In this document: one piece after another, positions 38,107 to 48,575 of the stretch
Numbering within the stretch: position 1 is the first letter of the stretch
How the letters are laid out: each line of letters begins with the position of its first letter
From: an uncultured Alphaproteobacteria bacterium
GTDB lineage: Bacteria > Pseudomonadota > Alphaproteobacteria > Rhizobiales > Xanthobacteraceae
Length of the DNA: 64,000 nt
Direction of reading: 5' to 3'
Assembly (NCBI GenBank): GCA_963819265.1
Contig: CAWFVF010000003.1
Location: 15,881 to 79,880 of the forward strand
Notes under the pieces: generated by a model
Told to the model about the DNA's origin: nothing
The model's database searches: none
Seen by the model: only the letters and a program-made list of their open reading frames with translations
Program-made: the position numbers and the translations under genes

Positions 38107-38527
38107 GACGCTGTTTCCTTGATGTGTGTGAACCTACGGCAGGGTTGGTTTAAGTCGCAGGCTTTAAATCTCGGTCCCTGGGCCTTCGCCCCCTTACCGA
38201 GGATGACAATGGCACAGGCGAACCGATCCCGCAATCAAAAAACGCAAATAACCCTGATTTTTCCGTAGCTTAACGGTTATTCAGGTTGCCATTAATCGGC
38301 GTTCAGCGAGATGAATGACGGATGAATGGCGAGCGCGAGACTGCGCATTTTGTCAGCAGAATCCCGCATGAGTTTTCGCAAGCGCGAGAGCGTCGCGGTG
38401 TTTCTACCGCAGTAGCGAACGCAGCCGGGCACGTTAGTCCAGATTTGACCCCATGGGACACGCGGGCTACCAAGCCGCAACCAGCCTCAATCTGGCTTCT
38501 CGCATTCATTCAGCGTCTTCGTGCGCC

Positions 38528-39673
38528 ATGTCGTTCAATACGTTTCGGTCATTTATTCCGGGTCACGACCTTCGGTGAAAGCCATGGGCCGGCGATCGGC
38601 TGCGTGGTCGACGGTTGTCCGCCGCGCATTCCGCTGACCGAGGCCGATATCCAGCCTTATCTCGATCGGCGCCGGCCCGGCCAATCGCGCTTCACCACGC
38701 AGCGTCAGGAGCCCGACGCGGTGAAAATCCTGTCCGGCGTGTTTCGCCGATCCCGACAAGCGGCGCGCAAGTCACTACCGGCACGCCGATCGCGCTCGTT
38801 GATCGACAATGTCGATCAGCGCTCGAAGGATTACTCCGCGATCAAGGACAAATATCGTCCGGGCCACGCCGACTACACTTACGACGTCAAATACGGCCTG
38901 CGCGATTATCGCGGCGGCGGCCGCCAGTCGGCGCGCGAAACCGCGATGCGGGTCGCGGCCGGCGCTGTCGCGCGCAAGGTGGTGCCGGGGCTGAACGTGC
39001 GCGCGCGCATTGGTGCAGATGGGGCCGCATCGCATCGATCGCGCGCACTGGGATTGGGCCGAGGTCGAGCGCAATCCGTTCTTTTGTCCCGGACGCCAAG
39101 ACCGCGGCGATGCTCGGCGATTATCTCGACGGCTTGCGCAAGAGCGGCTCGTCGATCGGCGCGGTGATCGAGGTCGTCGCCGACGGCGTGCCCGCCGGTC
39201 TCGGCGCGCCGATCTACGGCAAGCTCGACGGCGATCTCGCCGCGGCGCTGATGAGCATCAATGCCGTCAAGGGCGTCGAGATCGGCGCGGGTTTTGCCGC
39301 GGCCGAACTGACCGGCGAAGAAAACGGCGACGAAATGCGGATGGGCAACGACGGCAAGCCGCGCTTTCTGTCCAATCATGCCGGCGGCATCCTCGGCGGC
39401 ATTTCCACCGGGCAGCCGGTGGTGGCGCGCTTTGCCGTCAAGCCGACCTCGTCGATCCTCAATCCGCGCCAGACCGTCGACCGCTACGGCCGGGAGACCG
39501 ACATCTCGACCACCGGCCGCCACGATCCTTGCGTCGGCATCCGCGCCGTCCCGATCGGCGAGGCCATGGTGGCGTGCGTGATCGCCGATCACTATCTACG
39601 CCAGCGCGGCCAGGTCGGCGATACGCCGGCATGGCCGTTTCCGCGGCGCCCGCTGACGGCTGAGAACGAATAA
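38528..39673 (+). pseudogene. aroC: Chorismate synthase AroC with six +1 frame breaks (~38546, 38745, 38758, 38801, 39004, 39091)
   Basis: MSFNTF | [32 protein letters not shown] | ADPD | [14 protein letters not shown] | [33 protein letters not shown] | [18 protein letters not shown] | [20 protein letters not shown]. Confidence 0.92.
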
Positions 39674-39675
39674 AA

Positions 39676-40772
39676 ATGGAAGACGCCCACCAACGCATCC
39701 GCGCCGCCATCGCCGCATTCGCCCGCGGCGAGATCGTCATCGTCGCCGACGACGACGACCGCGAGAACGAAGGCGATCTGTTCGTCGCCGCGAACCTGTG
39801 CACGCCGGAGAAGATGGCGTTCATCATCCGCCATACGTCCGGCATCGTCTGCGCGCCGCTCGGACCCGAGGAGGCGCGGCGGCTGCATCTCGATCCGATG
39901 GTGGCGCTCAACGATGCGCCGCTCGGCACCGCCTTCACGGTCTCGGTCGACGTCCGCCATGGCCTCACCACCGGCATCTCCGCGGAGGAGCGCACCAACA
40001 CCGTGCGGGCGCTCGCCAACGGCAATTGCGGCGCATCGGATTTCGTCCGGCCCGGTCACGTCTTTCCGCTGGTGGCGCGAGGAAGGCGGCGTGCTGATGC
40101 GCTCCGGCCATACCGAGGCTTGCGTCGATCTTTGCCGGCTCGCCGGTCTGCCGCCGGTCGGCGTGCTTTCCGAACTGATGAACGACAACGGCACGGTGAT
40201 GCGCGGGCCTGAACTCGCCGCGTTCGCCGAACAGCACAAGCTGCAGCGGATCACCATCGCGGAACTGATCGCCTATCGTCAGGCCCGCGACAAGCTGATC
40301 GAGCGTGTCAGCGAATTTCCCGTTGAGTCCGAGATCGGCACGCTTGACGGCTACGCGTTTCTGACGCCGTTCGATGCGGTCTATCACATGGCGTTCGTCT
40401 ACGGCCAGATCGGCGACGGCAAGAACGTGCTGACGCGGCTGCACCGCGCCGACATCATCGCCGACGTGTTCGGCGGCGCCAAGACGATCCATCATTCGCT
40501 GGCGCGCTTCAAGGCCGAGGGCAGGGGCGTGCTGGTGCTGTTGCGCGACGGCACCGCCGGCGTTCCGGTGGTGTCGCTGCCGAAATCCGGCGACACCGCA
40601 TCGGGCGACGCCCGCACCCGGCAATGGCGCGAAATCGGTCTCGGGGCGCAGATCCTCAAGGATCTGGGCGTCGGTATCGATCAGGCTTTTGACGTCCTCG
40701 CGGCCGACCACCTTTGTCGGCCTGTCGGGTTTCGGCATCGAAATTGTCGGCACCGAACCGGTCGAGGGCTGA
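39676..40772 (+). pseudogene. ribB: 3,4-dihydroxy-2-butanone-4-phosphate synthase with GTP-cyclohydrolase-II-like C-domain (RibB/RibBA), two +1 frame breaks (~40081, ~40674)
   Basis: IVIVADDDDRENEGDLFVAA, RPGHVFPLVAR | EGGVLMRSGHTEA..; tail ILKDLGV | SIRLLTSSRPTTFVGLSGFGIEIVGTEPVEG*. Confidence 0.9.
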
Positions 40773-40817
40773 ACTGTTTTACGCGCTTGTGCGTCTCATG
40801 CAGAGCAGGAGGCCGGA

Positions 40818-41417
40818 ATGCCCACTATCGTTGCTCGTATCCGTATCGCTTTCGCCGTCGTCGCTATCGGACTGACACTGTCGGCTTGCGGCTACAACAC
40901 CATCCCGACGCTTGAAGAACAGGCCAAGGCGCGCTGGGCCGACGTGCAGAACCAGTATCAGCGCCGCTCCGATCTCATTCCCAATCTGGTGGCGACCGTG
41001 CAAGGCTACGCCGCTCAGGAAAAGAGCGTCCTCACCGCCGTGGTCGAGGCCCGCGCCAAGGCGACGCAGATCAGGCTCGACGCCTCCGATCTCACCGATC
41101 CGGCCAAGCTGAAAGCCTTCCAGGATGCGCAGAACCAGCTGACCGGCGTGCTCGGCCGCTTGCTGGCGGTGACTGAGAATTATCCCGACCTGAAATCCAA
41201 CGCCAACTTCCTGGCGCTGCAGTCGCAGCTCGAAGGTACCGAGAACCGGATCGCGGTGGCGCGGCGCGACTATATCGACGCGGTACGCGCCTTTAACACC
41301 GCATTGCGGACATTCCCGACCGTCATCTGGGCGAAGACGGCGTTCTCCGGTGAAAAGCCGATGGCGGAGTTCACCGCCAACGAAGGCGCTCAAACCCCGC
41401 CCCAGGTCAAATTTTGA
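40818..41417 (+). CDS. lemA: LemA family protein
   Basis: Lipoprotein/TM N-terminus, RWADVQNQYQRRSDLIPNLV..ENYPDLKSN..RRDYIDAVRAFN. Confidence 0.9.
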   Translation: MPTIVARIRIAFAVVAIGLTLSACGYNTIPTLEEQAKARWADVQNQYQRRSDLIPNLVATVQGYAAQEKSVLTAVVEARAKATQIRLDASDLTDPAKLKAFQDAQNQLTGVLGRLLAVTENYPDLKSNANFLALQSQLEGTENRIAVARRDYIDAVRAFNTALRTFPTVIWAKTAFSGEKPMAEFTANEGAQTPPQVKF

Positions 41418-41431
41418 CCATGGGAAGTGCG

Positions 41432-41562
41432 TTTCCCGGGCGCAACGCAGCACGAAGCGAAGCGCAGTGGTGCGTTGCAGACCCGGGATCGTCACATCTG
41501 CCGAACTTGGAACGATCCCGGATCAGCGGTGCACCGCTTCGCGCTGCACCGCGTCCGGGAAG
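41432..41562. repeat. Two tandem REP-type hairpins between lemA and the TPM gene
   Basis: TCCCGGGCGCAACGCAGCAC..GCAGTGGTGCGTTGCAGACCCGGGA and TCCCGGATCAGCGGTGCAC..GCTGCACCGCGTCCGGGA. The first arm recurs at about 59104. Confidence 0.75.
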
Positions 41563-41587
41563 TATTGATCGGCTTTTATTCGCGCTT

Positions 41588-42367
41588 TTGCGTCCGTGCC
41601 TCGGCGTAATTGTTCTTTGTCTTTTTACGATCATCGCCTTCGCGCTCGACTTCCCGCCGCTCACCGGACGTGTGGTCGATCAGGCCAATGTCATGAGCGC
41701 GGAGAGCAAGAGCGACATCGAGGGCAAACTCAAGGCGCTCGAGGACAAGTCAGGCATTCAGCTGGTAGTCGCCACGGTGAAATCGCTGCAGGGCGGCGAT
41801 ATCGAAACCTATGCCAACGAGCTGTTCCGGTTCTGGAAGCTCGGTCAGGCGCAGAAAAACAACGGCGTATTGCTGCTGGTGGCTCCGGCTGAGCATAAAG
41901 TCCGCATCGAAGTCGGCTATGGCCTCGAAGGCACCCTGACCGATGCGCTGTCGTCGGTCATCATTTCCAGCGCCATCATTCCGCGCTTCAAGACCGGCGA
42001 TTTCTCCGGCGGCATTCAGCGCGGTGTCGACGGCATTATCAGTGTATTGAGCGGCGATACTGCGGATTGGCAGCCGAAACCGAACGTGCGGCGCCAGGAT
42101 GCCTCCGGCGACGTCGACAATCTGTTTCCGATTTTGTTCTTCATCGCGATCGTTTTCGTCTGCTGGTACCTGATCCGCAATGCCAATGGCGGCGGACCGC
42201 CGTCCAGCGGTGGCGGCACGCGCCGCGGCGGCGGTCCGGTGTTTATTCCCTACGGCGGATCGGGCTGGGGCGGCGGTGGATTTGGCGGCGGCGGCGGCGG
42301 TTTCGGTGGCGGCTTCTCCGGCGGCGGCGGGTCGTCGGGCGGTGGCGGCGCGTCGGGAGGCTGGTGA
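41588..42367 (+). CDS. TPM domain protein (YgcG-like) with a C-terminal Gly-rich tail
   Basis: LTGRVVDQANVMS..IQLVVATVKSLQG..VLLLVAP..VRIEVGYGLEG, TM, GGGFGGGGGGFGGGFSGGGG. Start is uncertain (TTG about 41588); the ORF upstream of it is REP-derived. Confidence 0.8.
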   Translation: MRPCLGVIVLCLFTIIAFALDFPPLTGRVVDQANVMSAESKSDIEGKLKALEDKSGIQLVVATVKSLQGGDIETYANELFRFWKLGQAQKNNGVLLLVAPAEHKVRIEVGYGLEGTLTDALSSVIISSAIIPRFKTGDFSGGIQRGVDGIISVLSGDTADWQPKPNVRRQDASGDVDNLFPILFFIAIVFVCWYLIRNANGGGPPSSGGGTRRGGGPVFIPYGGSGWGGGGFGGGGGGFGGGFSGGGGSSGGGGASGGW

Positions 42368-42975
42368 TGCATTTCACCAAGGCGGATCACGAAGCCGTTT
42401 CGGCGGCCATCCGGGAAGCAGAGCAGCGGACCTGCGGCCAGCTCGTCTGCGTCCTGGCGCATGCGTCGTCCTCTTACGCGCACATTCCGATTTTGTGGGC
42501 GAGCGTGCTGGCGCTGGTCACGCCCTGGCCGCTCATCGTGTTTACGCAATGGAGCGTGGAACGGATTTTCATGGCCCAGCTCGCGGTCTTCATCGTCGCG
42601 GGTCTCTTATTCTCCTTCATGCCGCTGCGATTGGCGCTGGTCCCCAAAGCGGTGAAACGCGCACGCGCGCACCGGGCGGCGCTCGAACAATTCGTGCTGC
42701 GCGGCATCACCCGCACCAAGAACCGCAGCGGCGTTCTGATCTTCGTGTCGCTCGGCGAGCACTACGCCCGTATCATTGCCGACGAAGGCATTGCGGCGAA
42801 GGTCGGCAATGCCGAGTGGCAGGCGGCAATCGATGCACTGACCGCGCATATGCGCGGCGGCCGCATCGCCGCGGGCTTTACCGCGGCGATCGAGCGATGC
42901 GCCACCGTGCTGGCGGCCCATGCACCGCCCGACGGTTCGCCGAACCAATTGCCGGATCGGCTTTACGTCATCTAA
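42367..42975 (+). CDS. TPM domain-containing membrane protein (DUF477-like)
   Basis: ATG overlaps the upstream TGA. AIREAEQRTCGQLVCVL.., GVLIFVSLGEHYARIIADEGI. Confidence 0.8.
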   Translation: MHFTKADHEAVSAAIREAEQRTCGQLVCVLAHASSSYAHIPILWASVLALVTPWPLIVFTQWSVERIFMAQLAVFIVAGLLFSFMPLRLALVPKAVKRARAHRAALEQFVLRGITRTKNRSGVLIFVSLGEHYARIIADEGIAAKVGNAEWQAAIDALTAHMRGGRIAAGFTAAIERCATVLAAHAPPDGSPNQLPDRLYVI

Positions 42976-42992
42976 AGCGCCGGCAGCCGGGC

Positions 42993-44111
42993 TCAGCCGG
43001 CCGCCTGCGCGCGCTTCGGAAACAATTGCGGCCGCAGCTTCGGATGACAGCCCATCATCTTCGGCGCATAGGGCGTTTCGGCGCCGAGCTCTTCGGCGGC
43101 GTGCCAGGCCCAGCGCGGATCCCACATCGCGCCGCGGGCGAGACAGACCATGTCGGCCTTGCCGGATGCGACGATGTCCTCGGCCTGCTGCGCCCCGGCG
43201 ATCAGACCGACCGTCATGACGGCGATGCCGCTTTCCTTTTTGACCTTCTCGCCGAACGGCACCTGATAACCGGGTGACAGCGGAATTTTCTGCCTCGGAT
43301 CGAGGCCGCCGGTCGAGACGTCCATGTAGTCCATGCCGCGCTTCTTCAGCTCCTTGGCGAGCAGCACGGTTTCTTCCGGCGTCCAGCCGCCGTCCACCCA
43401 ATCGGTTGCGGAGACGCGCATGCCGATCGGCTTCTGCTCCGGCCACACCGCGCGCACCGCCTCGTACATTTCGATGGCAAAGCGCATGCGGTTTTCGGTC
43501 GAGCCGCCGTATTCGTCGGTGCGGGTGTTGGACAGCGGCGACAGAAATTGATGGGCGAGATAGCCGTGCGCGCCATGCAGCTCGATCACGTCATAGCCGA
43601 TGCGGTCGACGCGCTTTGCTGCGGCTGCGAATTCGCCGATGCAGCGCTTGATGTCGTCTTTGGTCATGGCGTGCGGCACCGGCCAGCCGGTGTCGTAGGG
43701 AAGGGCCGATGGCGCCTCGGGCGTCCAGCCGCCTTCTTCTTTGGTAAGGATCGGCTTGCCGCCCGCCGCCGGCGGCGTGGTCGGGCCCTTGCGTCCGGCA
43801 TGGGCGAGCTGCACGCCGAGCTTGGCGACGCCATAGGTCCGGCAGAAATCATGCACGCGCTTGAGTGCCGCTTCGTTGTCGTCCGACCATAGGCCGGCGC
43901 ATTTCGGCGTGATCCGCCCCTGCGGATTGACGTCGGTCATCTCGCACATCACCAGACCGGCGCAGCCGAGCGACATATTGCCGAGATGCATCAGATGCCA
44001 GTCGTTCGCCGAGCCGTCGTTGGAATTGTACTGGCACATCGGCGACACCACGACGCGGTTGGGAAGCGTTAGCCCGCGCAGCGTAATGGGTGAAAACAGG
44101 ACGCTAGCCAT
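42993..44111 (-). CDS. Old Yellow Enzyme family NADH:flavin oxidoreductase
   Basis: [52 protein letters not shown]. Confidence 0.9.
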   Translation of the reverse strand: MASVLFSPITLRGLTLPNRVVVSPMCQYNSNDGSANDWHLMHLGNMSLGCAGLVMCEMTDVNPQGRITPKCAGLWSDDNEAALKRVHDFCRTYGVAKLGVQLAHAGRKGPTTPPAAGGKPILTKEEGGWTPEAPSALPYDTGWPVPHAMTKDDIKRCIGEFAAAAKRVDRIGYDVIELHGAHGYLAHQFLSPLSNTRTDEYGGSTENRMRFAIEMYEAVRAVWPEQKPIGMRVSATDWVDGGWTPEETVLLAKELKKRGMDYMDVSTGGLDPRQKIPLSPGYQVPFGEKVKKESGIAVMTVGLIAGAQQAEDIVASGKADMVCLARGAMWDPRWAWHAAEELGAETPYAPKMMGCHPKLRPQLFPKRAQAAG

Positions 44112-44221
44112 TTTGCAGATCCTTCGGTGCTGAGATTTAGCGAAAAGGGGAGGATGCAATACCACAAAACCGCAACCGGGGGCCAATGGGCCGGCAAGCA
44201 GCGGCAGACGATAAAACAACG

Positions 44222-45460
44222 CTATTTTTCCAGCCGCGCCACGACTTCGACATGCGCCGAATAGCGGAATTGATCGACCGGCGTAACGGCTGTGATCCGA
44301 TAGCCGCCGCCGATCAAATGATGCAGATCGCGCGCCAGCGTGCCGGGATTGCACGACACCGCGGCGATCATCGGCACTTTGCTCGCCGCCAATGCGCGCG
44401 ACTGCGCGTCGGCGCCCTGGCGCGGCGGATCGAACACCACCGCATCGAAGCGATTGAGGTCGGCTGCCATCAGCGGGTTCTTGAACAGATCGCGCCGCTC
44501 GGCGGCGATCGGTTTCAGTCCCGGTTGCGCTGGCCGCCGCGCGCTTGAGCGCGGCGATGGCCGGCTCGTCGTCATCGAAGGCGGCGACGCGGGCTTGCTC
44601 GGCGAGCCGCAGCGCGAACGGCCCGATGCCGGCGAACAGGTCGGCGATGTTTTTGGCGCCGGCGCAGGCCTCGCGCACCAGCCGCGCCAGCACGGTCTCG
44701 CCTGCGGCGGTGGCTTGAAGAAACGCCGCCGGCGGCAGCGGCACGGTGGCGGTGCCGATGCGCAGCGTCGGCACACGCGCTTGCGCGACCAGTTCGCTGT
44801 GGCGCGTGAGCCGCGCCAATTTATGGTGTCCGGCAACGCGGGCAAGCGCCGCTGTCGCGGATGCCGTCAACGGGCCGGAGCCGCGCACGTCGATATCGAG
44901 GCCTTGGTCCGTTGCCGTCACGTGGATGTCGAGCGGCTTCTTCAGAGGCGCAAGCATTTCGGCAATCGCCCAGGCCGCTTGCAACGCGCCGTCGAGGCTT
45001 CCGGCCAGCACCGGACAGCGGTCGATCGCGACCAGGGTGTGGGCGCGTGCCGTGGAAAAGCCGACGGTCGAGCACCGCGCCGGCGCCGCGGGCATGGAAC
45101 ACCACGCGGCGGCGGCCGTCTCCGTGCGCATCGATCAGATCGCCGACCGGCGCGTCGATGCCGGCTTGGCGCAATGCCGTGACAACAAGATCGCGTTTCC
45201 AGGCGCGATACGGCGCGCTCTGCCAATGCTGCAGGGCGCAGCCGCCGCAGATGCCGAAATGCGGGCAGATCGGCGCGATGCGTTCGGCGCTCGGCGCGTC
45301 GATGGCGAGAAGCGTGCGCCGGTCCGGATGGCCGGGTACGGCGTCGACCTCGGCGGTTTCGCCCGGCAAGCGTGCCGGGAACGTAGATCGGGCCGTCGGC
45401 ACCGTCGACGACGCCATCGCCGCGCTGGCCGACCCGGTCGATGACCAGGCGCTCAACCAC
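44222..45460 (-). pseudogene. RumA/TrmA-family class I SAM-dependent RNA (uracil-5) methyltransferase, three +1 frame breaks (~45367, ~45066, ~44519)
   Basis: [15 protein letters not shown] Fe-S motif, [39 protein letters not shown]. Pieces lie in four reading segments. Confidence 0.85.
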
Positions 45461-46186
45461 GCGAGGCCTCGATGAAGAATTCGCGATTGCCGTCGCCGCC
45501 CGCTATCGCGGAAGGAACGACACCGCCGACCTGCCAGCCCAGCGATTCAATGTGCGCGGCGATATCCTCGCAGACCGTTTTTTGGACCGCCTCGTCGCGC
45601 ACGATGCCTTTTTTGAGGTGACGGCGGGTGGCTTCGAATTGCGGCTTGATCAGCGCGAGCAGTTGCGCGCGCGGCGCCAGCAAATCGCCCGCCGCCGCCA
45701 GGACGAGCTTCAACGAGATGAAGCTGACATCGATGGTCGCCAGATCGGGCCGTTCGGCCAAGGCCGCCGGATCGAGATTGCGGATATCGGTCTGCTCGAT
45801 GGAAACGATATCGCTGCGGCCGCGCAGCCGCGGATGCAGCTGGCCGCTGCCGACATCGATCGCATAGACCCGCCGCGCGCCGCGCCTCAGCAGCACTTCG
45901 GTGAAGCCGCCGGTCGAGGCGCCGACATCGAGGCAGACGCGGCCCGAGACATCGATGCGAAACTCGATCGAGCGCCGCCGCGAGTTTCACGCCGCCGCGC
46001 GACACGTAAGGGTGCTCGGCAACGCGCGGTGATCTCGGCGGCCGGCGAAATTACTTCTGAGGGCTTCTTCACGACCACGCCGTCGGCGGTGACGAGACCG
46101 GCGGCGATCGCGGCCTGGGCCCGCGCCCGGCTTTCAAACAAGCCGCGCGAGACCAAGAGGCGGTCGGCACGTTCCCGGGTGGTCAT
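45453..46186 (-). pseudogene. tlyA: TlyA family rRNA 2'-O-methyltransferase, two +1 frame breaks (~46024, ~45963)
   Basis: RADRLLVSRGLFESRARAQAAI (S4 domain) | HPYVSRGGVKLAAALDR | FRIDVSGRVCLDVGASTGGFTEVLL..LIKPQFE. Confidence 0.88.
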
Positions 46187-46224
46187 GGTGTGACGATTCT
46201 ACGCAGGCATCGCTGCCGCTCGTG

Positions 46225-46274
46225 CCCCGCGAAAGCGGGGACCGCAGCGTCTGGATGTCCCGCTTGGCGCGGGA
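46225..46274 (-). repeat. Two GC-rich REP-like hairpins downstream of dxs, a possible terminator
   Basis: CCCCGC gaaa GCGGGG and TCCCGC ttggc GCGGGA. Confidence 0.4.
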
Positions 46275-46302
46275 ATCGAGCGGAAGAGCCGGGTCGTTGG
46301 CC

Positions 46303-48228
46303 TTAGGCGAGCTTGACCGCTTCGCCGTGCATGTTCTGGCCGAGCGCTTCGAACGCCTTGGTGACGATGCCTTTGGCGTCGAGACCCGCCTTGGCATACA
46401 TCGCGTTCGGCGAATCCTGATCGATAAAGCTGTCCGGCAGCACCATCGACCGCACTTTCAGGCCGCGGTCGAGCACGCCGTGCTCGGCAAGCGTCTGCAG
46501 CACGAACGAACCGAAGCCGCCGATCGAGCCTTCTTCGATGGTGAGCAGCACTTCATGCTCGCGCGCCAGCCGAAGCAGGAGGTCGACGTCGAGCGGCTTG
46601 GCGAAGCGCGCATCGGCAACCGTGGTCGGCAGACCGTAGCCGGCCAGTTCGTCGGCCGCCTTGAGGCATTCGCCGAGGCGCGCGCCGTAGGAGAACAGCG
46701 CGATCTTGGTGCCTTCGCGCAGAATGCGGCCTTTGCCGATCTCGAGCGGCTTGCCTTCTTCCGGCATCGGCACGCCGCGGCCTTCGCCGCGCGGATAGCG
46801 CAGCGCCGAGGGCCGATCGTCGATCGCGACCGAAGTCGCCACCATGTGCACCAGGTCGGCCTCGTCGGCCGCCGCCATCAGCACGAAATTGGGCAGACAG
46901 CCGAGATAGGCGACGTCGAAGGCGCCGGCATGCGTCGGCCCGTCGGCGCCGACCAGACCGGCGCGATCCATCGCAAAGCGCACCGGCAGGCATTGGATGG
47001 CGACGTCATGCACCACCTGGTCGTAAGCGCGCTGCAGGAAGGTCGAATAGATGGTCGCGAACGGCTTGAAGCCCTCGGTCGCCAAGCCCGCGGCGAAAGT
47101 GACGCCGTGCTGCTCGGCAATGCCGACGTCGAAGGTGCGCTTCGGGAATTCTTTCTGGAACAGGTCGATGCCGGTGCCCGACGGCATCGCCGCGGTGATG
47201 GCGACGATCTTGTCGTCCTTGCGGGCTTCCTTGATCAGGCTCTCGCCATAGACTTTCTGATAGGCGGGGGCGGAGGCCTTGGCTTTGACCTGGGTGCCGG
47301 TGGCGACGTCGAATTTGACGACGCCATGATATTTGTCGGCGGACTTTTCGGCCGGCGCGTAGCCCTTGCCCTTCTGCGTCACGACGTGAACCAGGATCGG
47401 CCCGTTCTTCATGTCGCGCACGTTCTGCAGCACCGGCAGCAGATGATCGATATTGTGGCCGTCGATCGGACCGACATAGAAGAAGCCGAGTTCGTCGAAC
47501 AGCGTGCCGCCGGTGACCAGGCCGCGCGCATATTCTTCCATGGCCATCGCCCGCTTCTCGAGCGTCTTCGACGGCAGGCGCTTGGCGATCTGGCGGATTA
47601 TTTTGCGCAGACGATGATAGCCGCGGCCGGACACGCGCCGGGCGAGATAGGCCGACAGCGCGCCGACCGGCGGCGCGATCGACATGTCGTTGTCGTTGAG
47701 CACGACGATCAGGCGCGAATTCATCGCGCCGGCATTGTTCATCGCCTCATAGGCCATGCCGGCCGACATCGCGCCGTCGCCGATCACGGCGATGACGTTG
47801 TTGTTCTTGTTGTCGAGGTCGCGCGCGACCGCCATGCCGAGACCGGCGGAGATCGAGGTCGACGAATGCGCGGCGCCGAACGGATCGTATTCACTCTCGG
47901 CGCGCTTGGTGAAGCCGGACAGGCCGCCGCCGGTCCGCAGCGTGCGGATGCGGTCGCGACGCGCGGTGAGGATCTTGTGCGGATAGGCCTGGTGGCCGAC
48001 GTCCCAGATCAGCCGGTCGGCCGGCGTATTGAATACGTAATGCAGCGCGACAGTGAGTTCGATCACTCCCAGACCGGCGCCGAGATGGCCGCCGGTTACG
48101 GCGACCGCGTCGATGGTCTCGCGGCGCAATTCGTCGGCGACTTGCCGCAAATCGGTCGGCGCGAGGCGCCTGAGATCGTCGGGGGTCTTGATTTGATCGA
48201 GCAATGGGGTCTTTGACGAAACCGTCAC
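46303..48228 (-). CDS. dxs: 1-deoxy-D-xylulose-5-phosphate synthase
   Basis: [48 protein letters not shown], intact 641 aa. Confidence 0.96.
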   Translation of the reverse strand: MTVSSKTPLLDQIKTPDDLRRLAPTDLRQVADELRRETIDAVAVTGGHLGAGLGVIELTVALHYVFNTPADRLIWDVGHQAYPHKILTARRDRIRTLRTGGGLSGFTKRAESEYDPFGAAHSSTSISAGLGMAVARDLDNKNNNVIAVIGDGAMSAGMAYEAMNNAGAMNSRLIVVLNDNDMSIAPPVGALSAYLARRVSGRGYHRLRKIIRQIAKRLPSKTLEKRAMAMEEYARGLVTGGTLFDELGFFYVGPIDGHNIDHLLPVLQNVRDMKNGPILVHVVTQKGKGYAPAEKSADKYHGVVKFDVATGTQVKAKASAPAYQKVYGESLIKEARKDDKIVAITAAMPSGTGIDLFQKEFPKRTFDVGIAEQHGVTFAAGLATEGFKPFATIYSTFLQRAYDQVVHDVAIQCLPVRFAMDRAGLVGADGPTHAGAFDVAYLGCLPNFVLMAAADEADLVHMVATSVAIDDRPSALRYPRGEGRGVPMPEEGKPLEIGKGRILREGTKIALFSYGARLGECLKAADELAGYGLPTTVADARFAKPLDVDLLLRLAREHEVLLTIEEGSIGGFGSFVLQTLAEHGVLDRGLKVRSMVLPDSFIDQDSPNAMYAKAGLDAKGIVTKAFEALGQNMHGEAVKLA

Positions 48229-48575
48229 GCTACGCTCCTTAGTTATCAGAACAATGTGTTGTTTCGGCCTAACGCCGATTGTTGGGGCTTGCCGCAGCCC
48301 GTGCTTGGATCGTGCGGATTCTTATGTCCTTACACCATTTTACGCCGAATACGCAATTTCAACGGCACTGCACAAGAGGAAGTGCCTGCAGGGAACCGCG
48401 ACATCGACGTTGTCTTATACCTAGAGCCCCGTTCCACCCGTACAACCATTATACATAAGTAAGGTTCGACCCATTACTACGCCGGAACAAGCTATTTCGG
48501 TCGGATCGAGGCATTTCCGAGAGGTTTTGACGCAAAAACCGCGCCAAGAGCGGCCAGGCACACCTTGAGGCACCC

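Noticed and set aside
36956-38122. 388-aa ORF continuing from the fabI C-terminus across the phosphatase gene
   Set aside because: It is read-through caused by the last fabI frame break. Beyond about 37200 the translation is Arg/Ala-rich nonsense and overlaps a well-supported gene in another frame.
42993-45131. 712-aa ORF apparently fusing an RNA methyltransferase to the OYE flavoenzyme
   Set aside because: The intergenic region happens to lack a stop in that frame. The OYE gene has its own start (MASVLFSPI, 44111). The methyltransferase terminates at 44222 in another frame after an insertion-type frameshift.
48240-48575. LexA boxes or other SOS signals upstream of ligD
   Set aside because: All GTTC/GAAC occurrences were checked (48251, about 48385, about 48432, about 48456, about 48490). 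None has a second GTTC/GAAC at N7 spacing.
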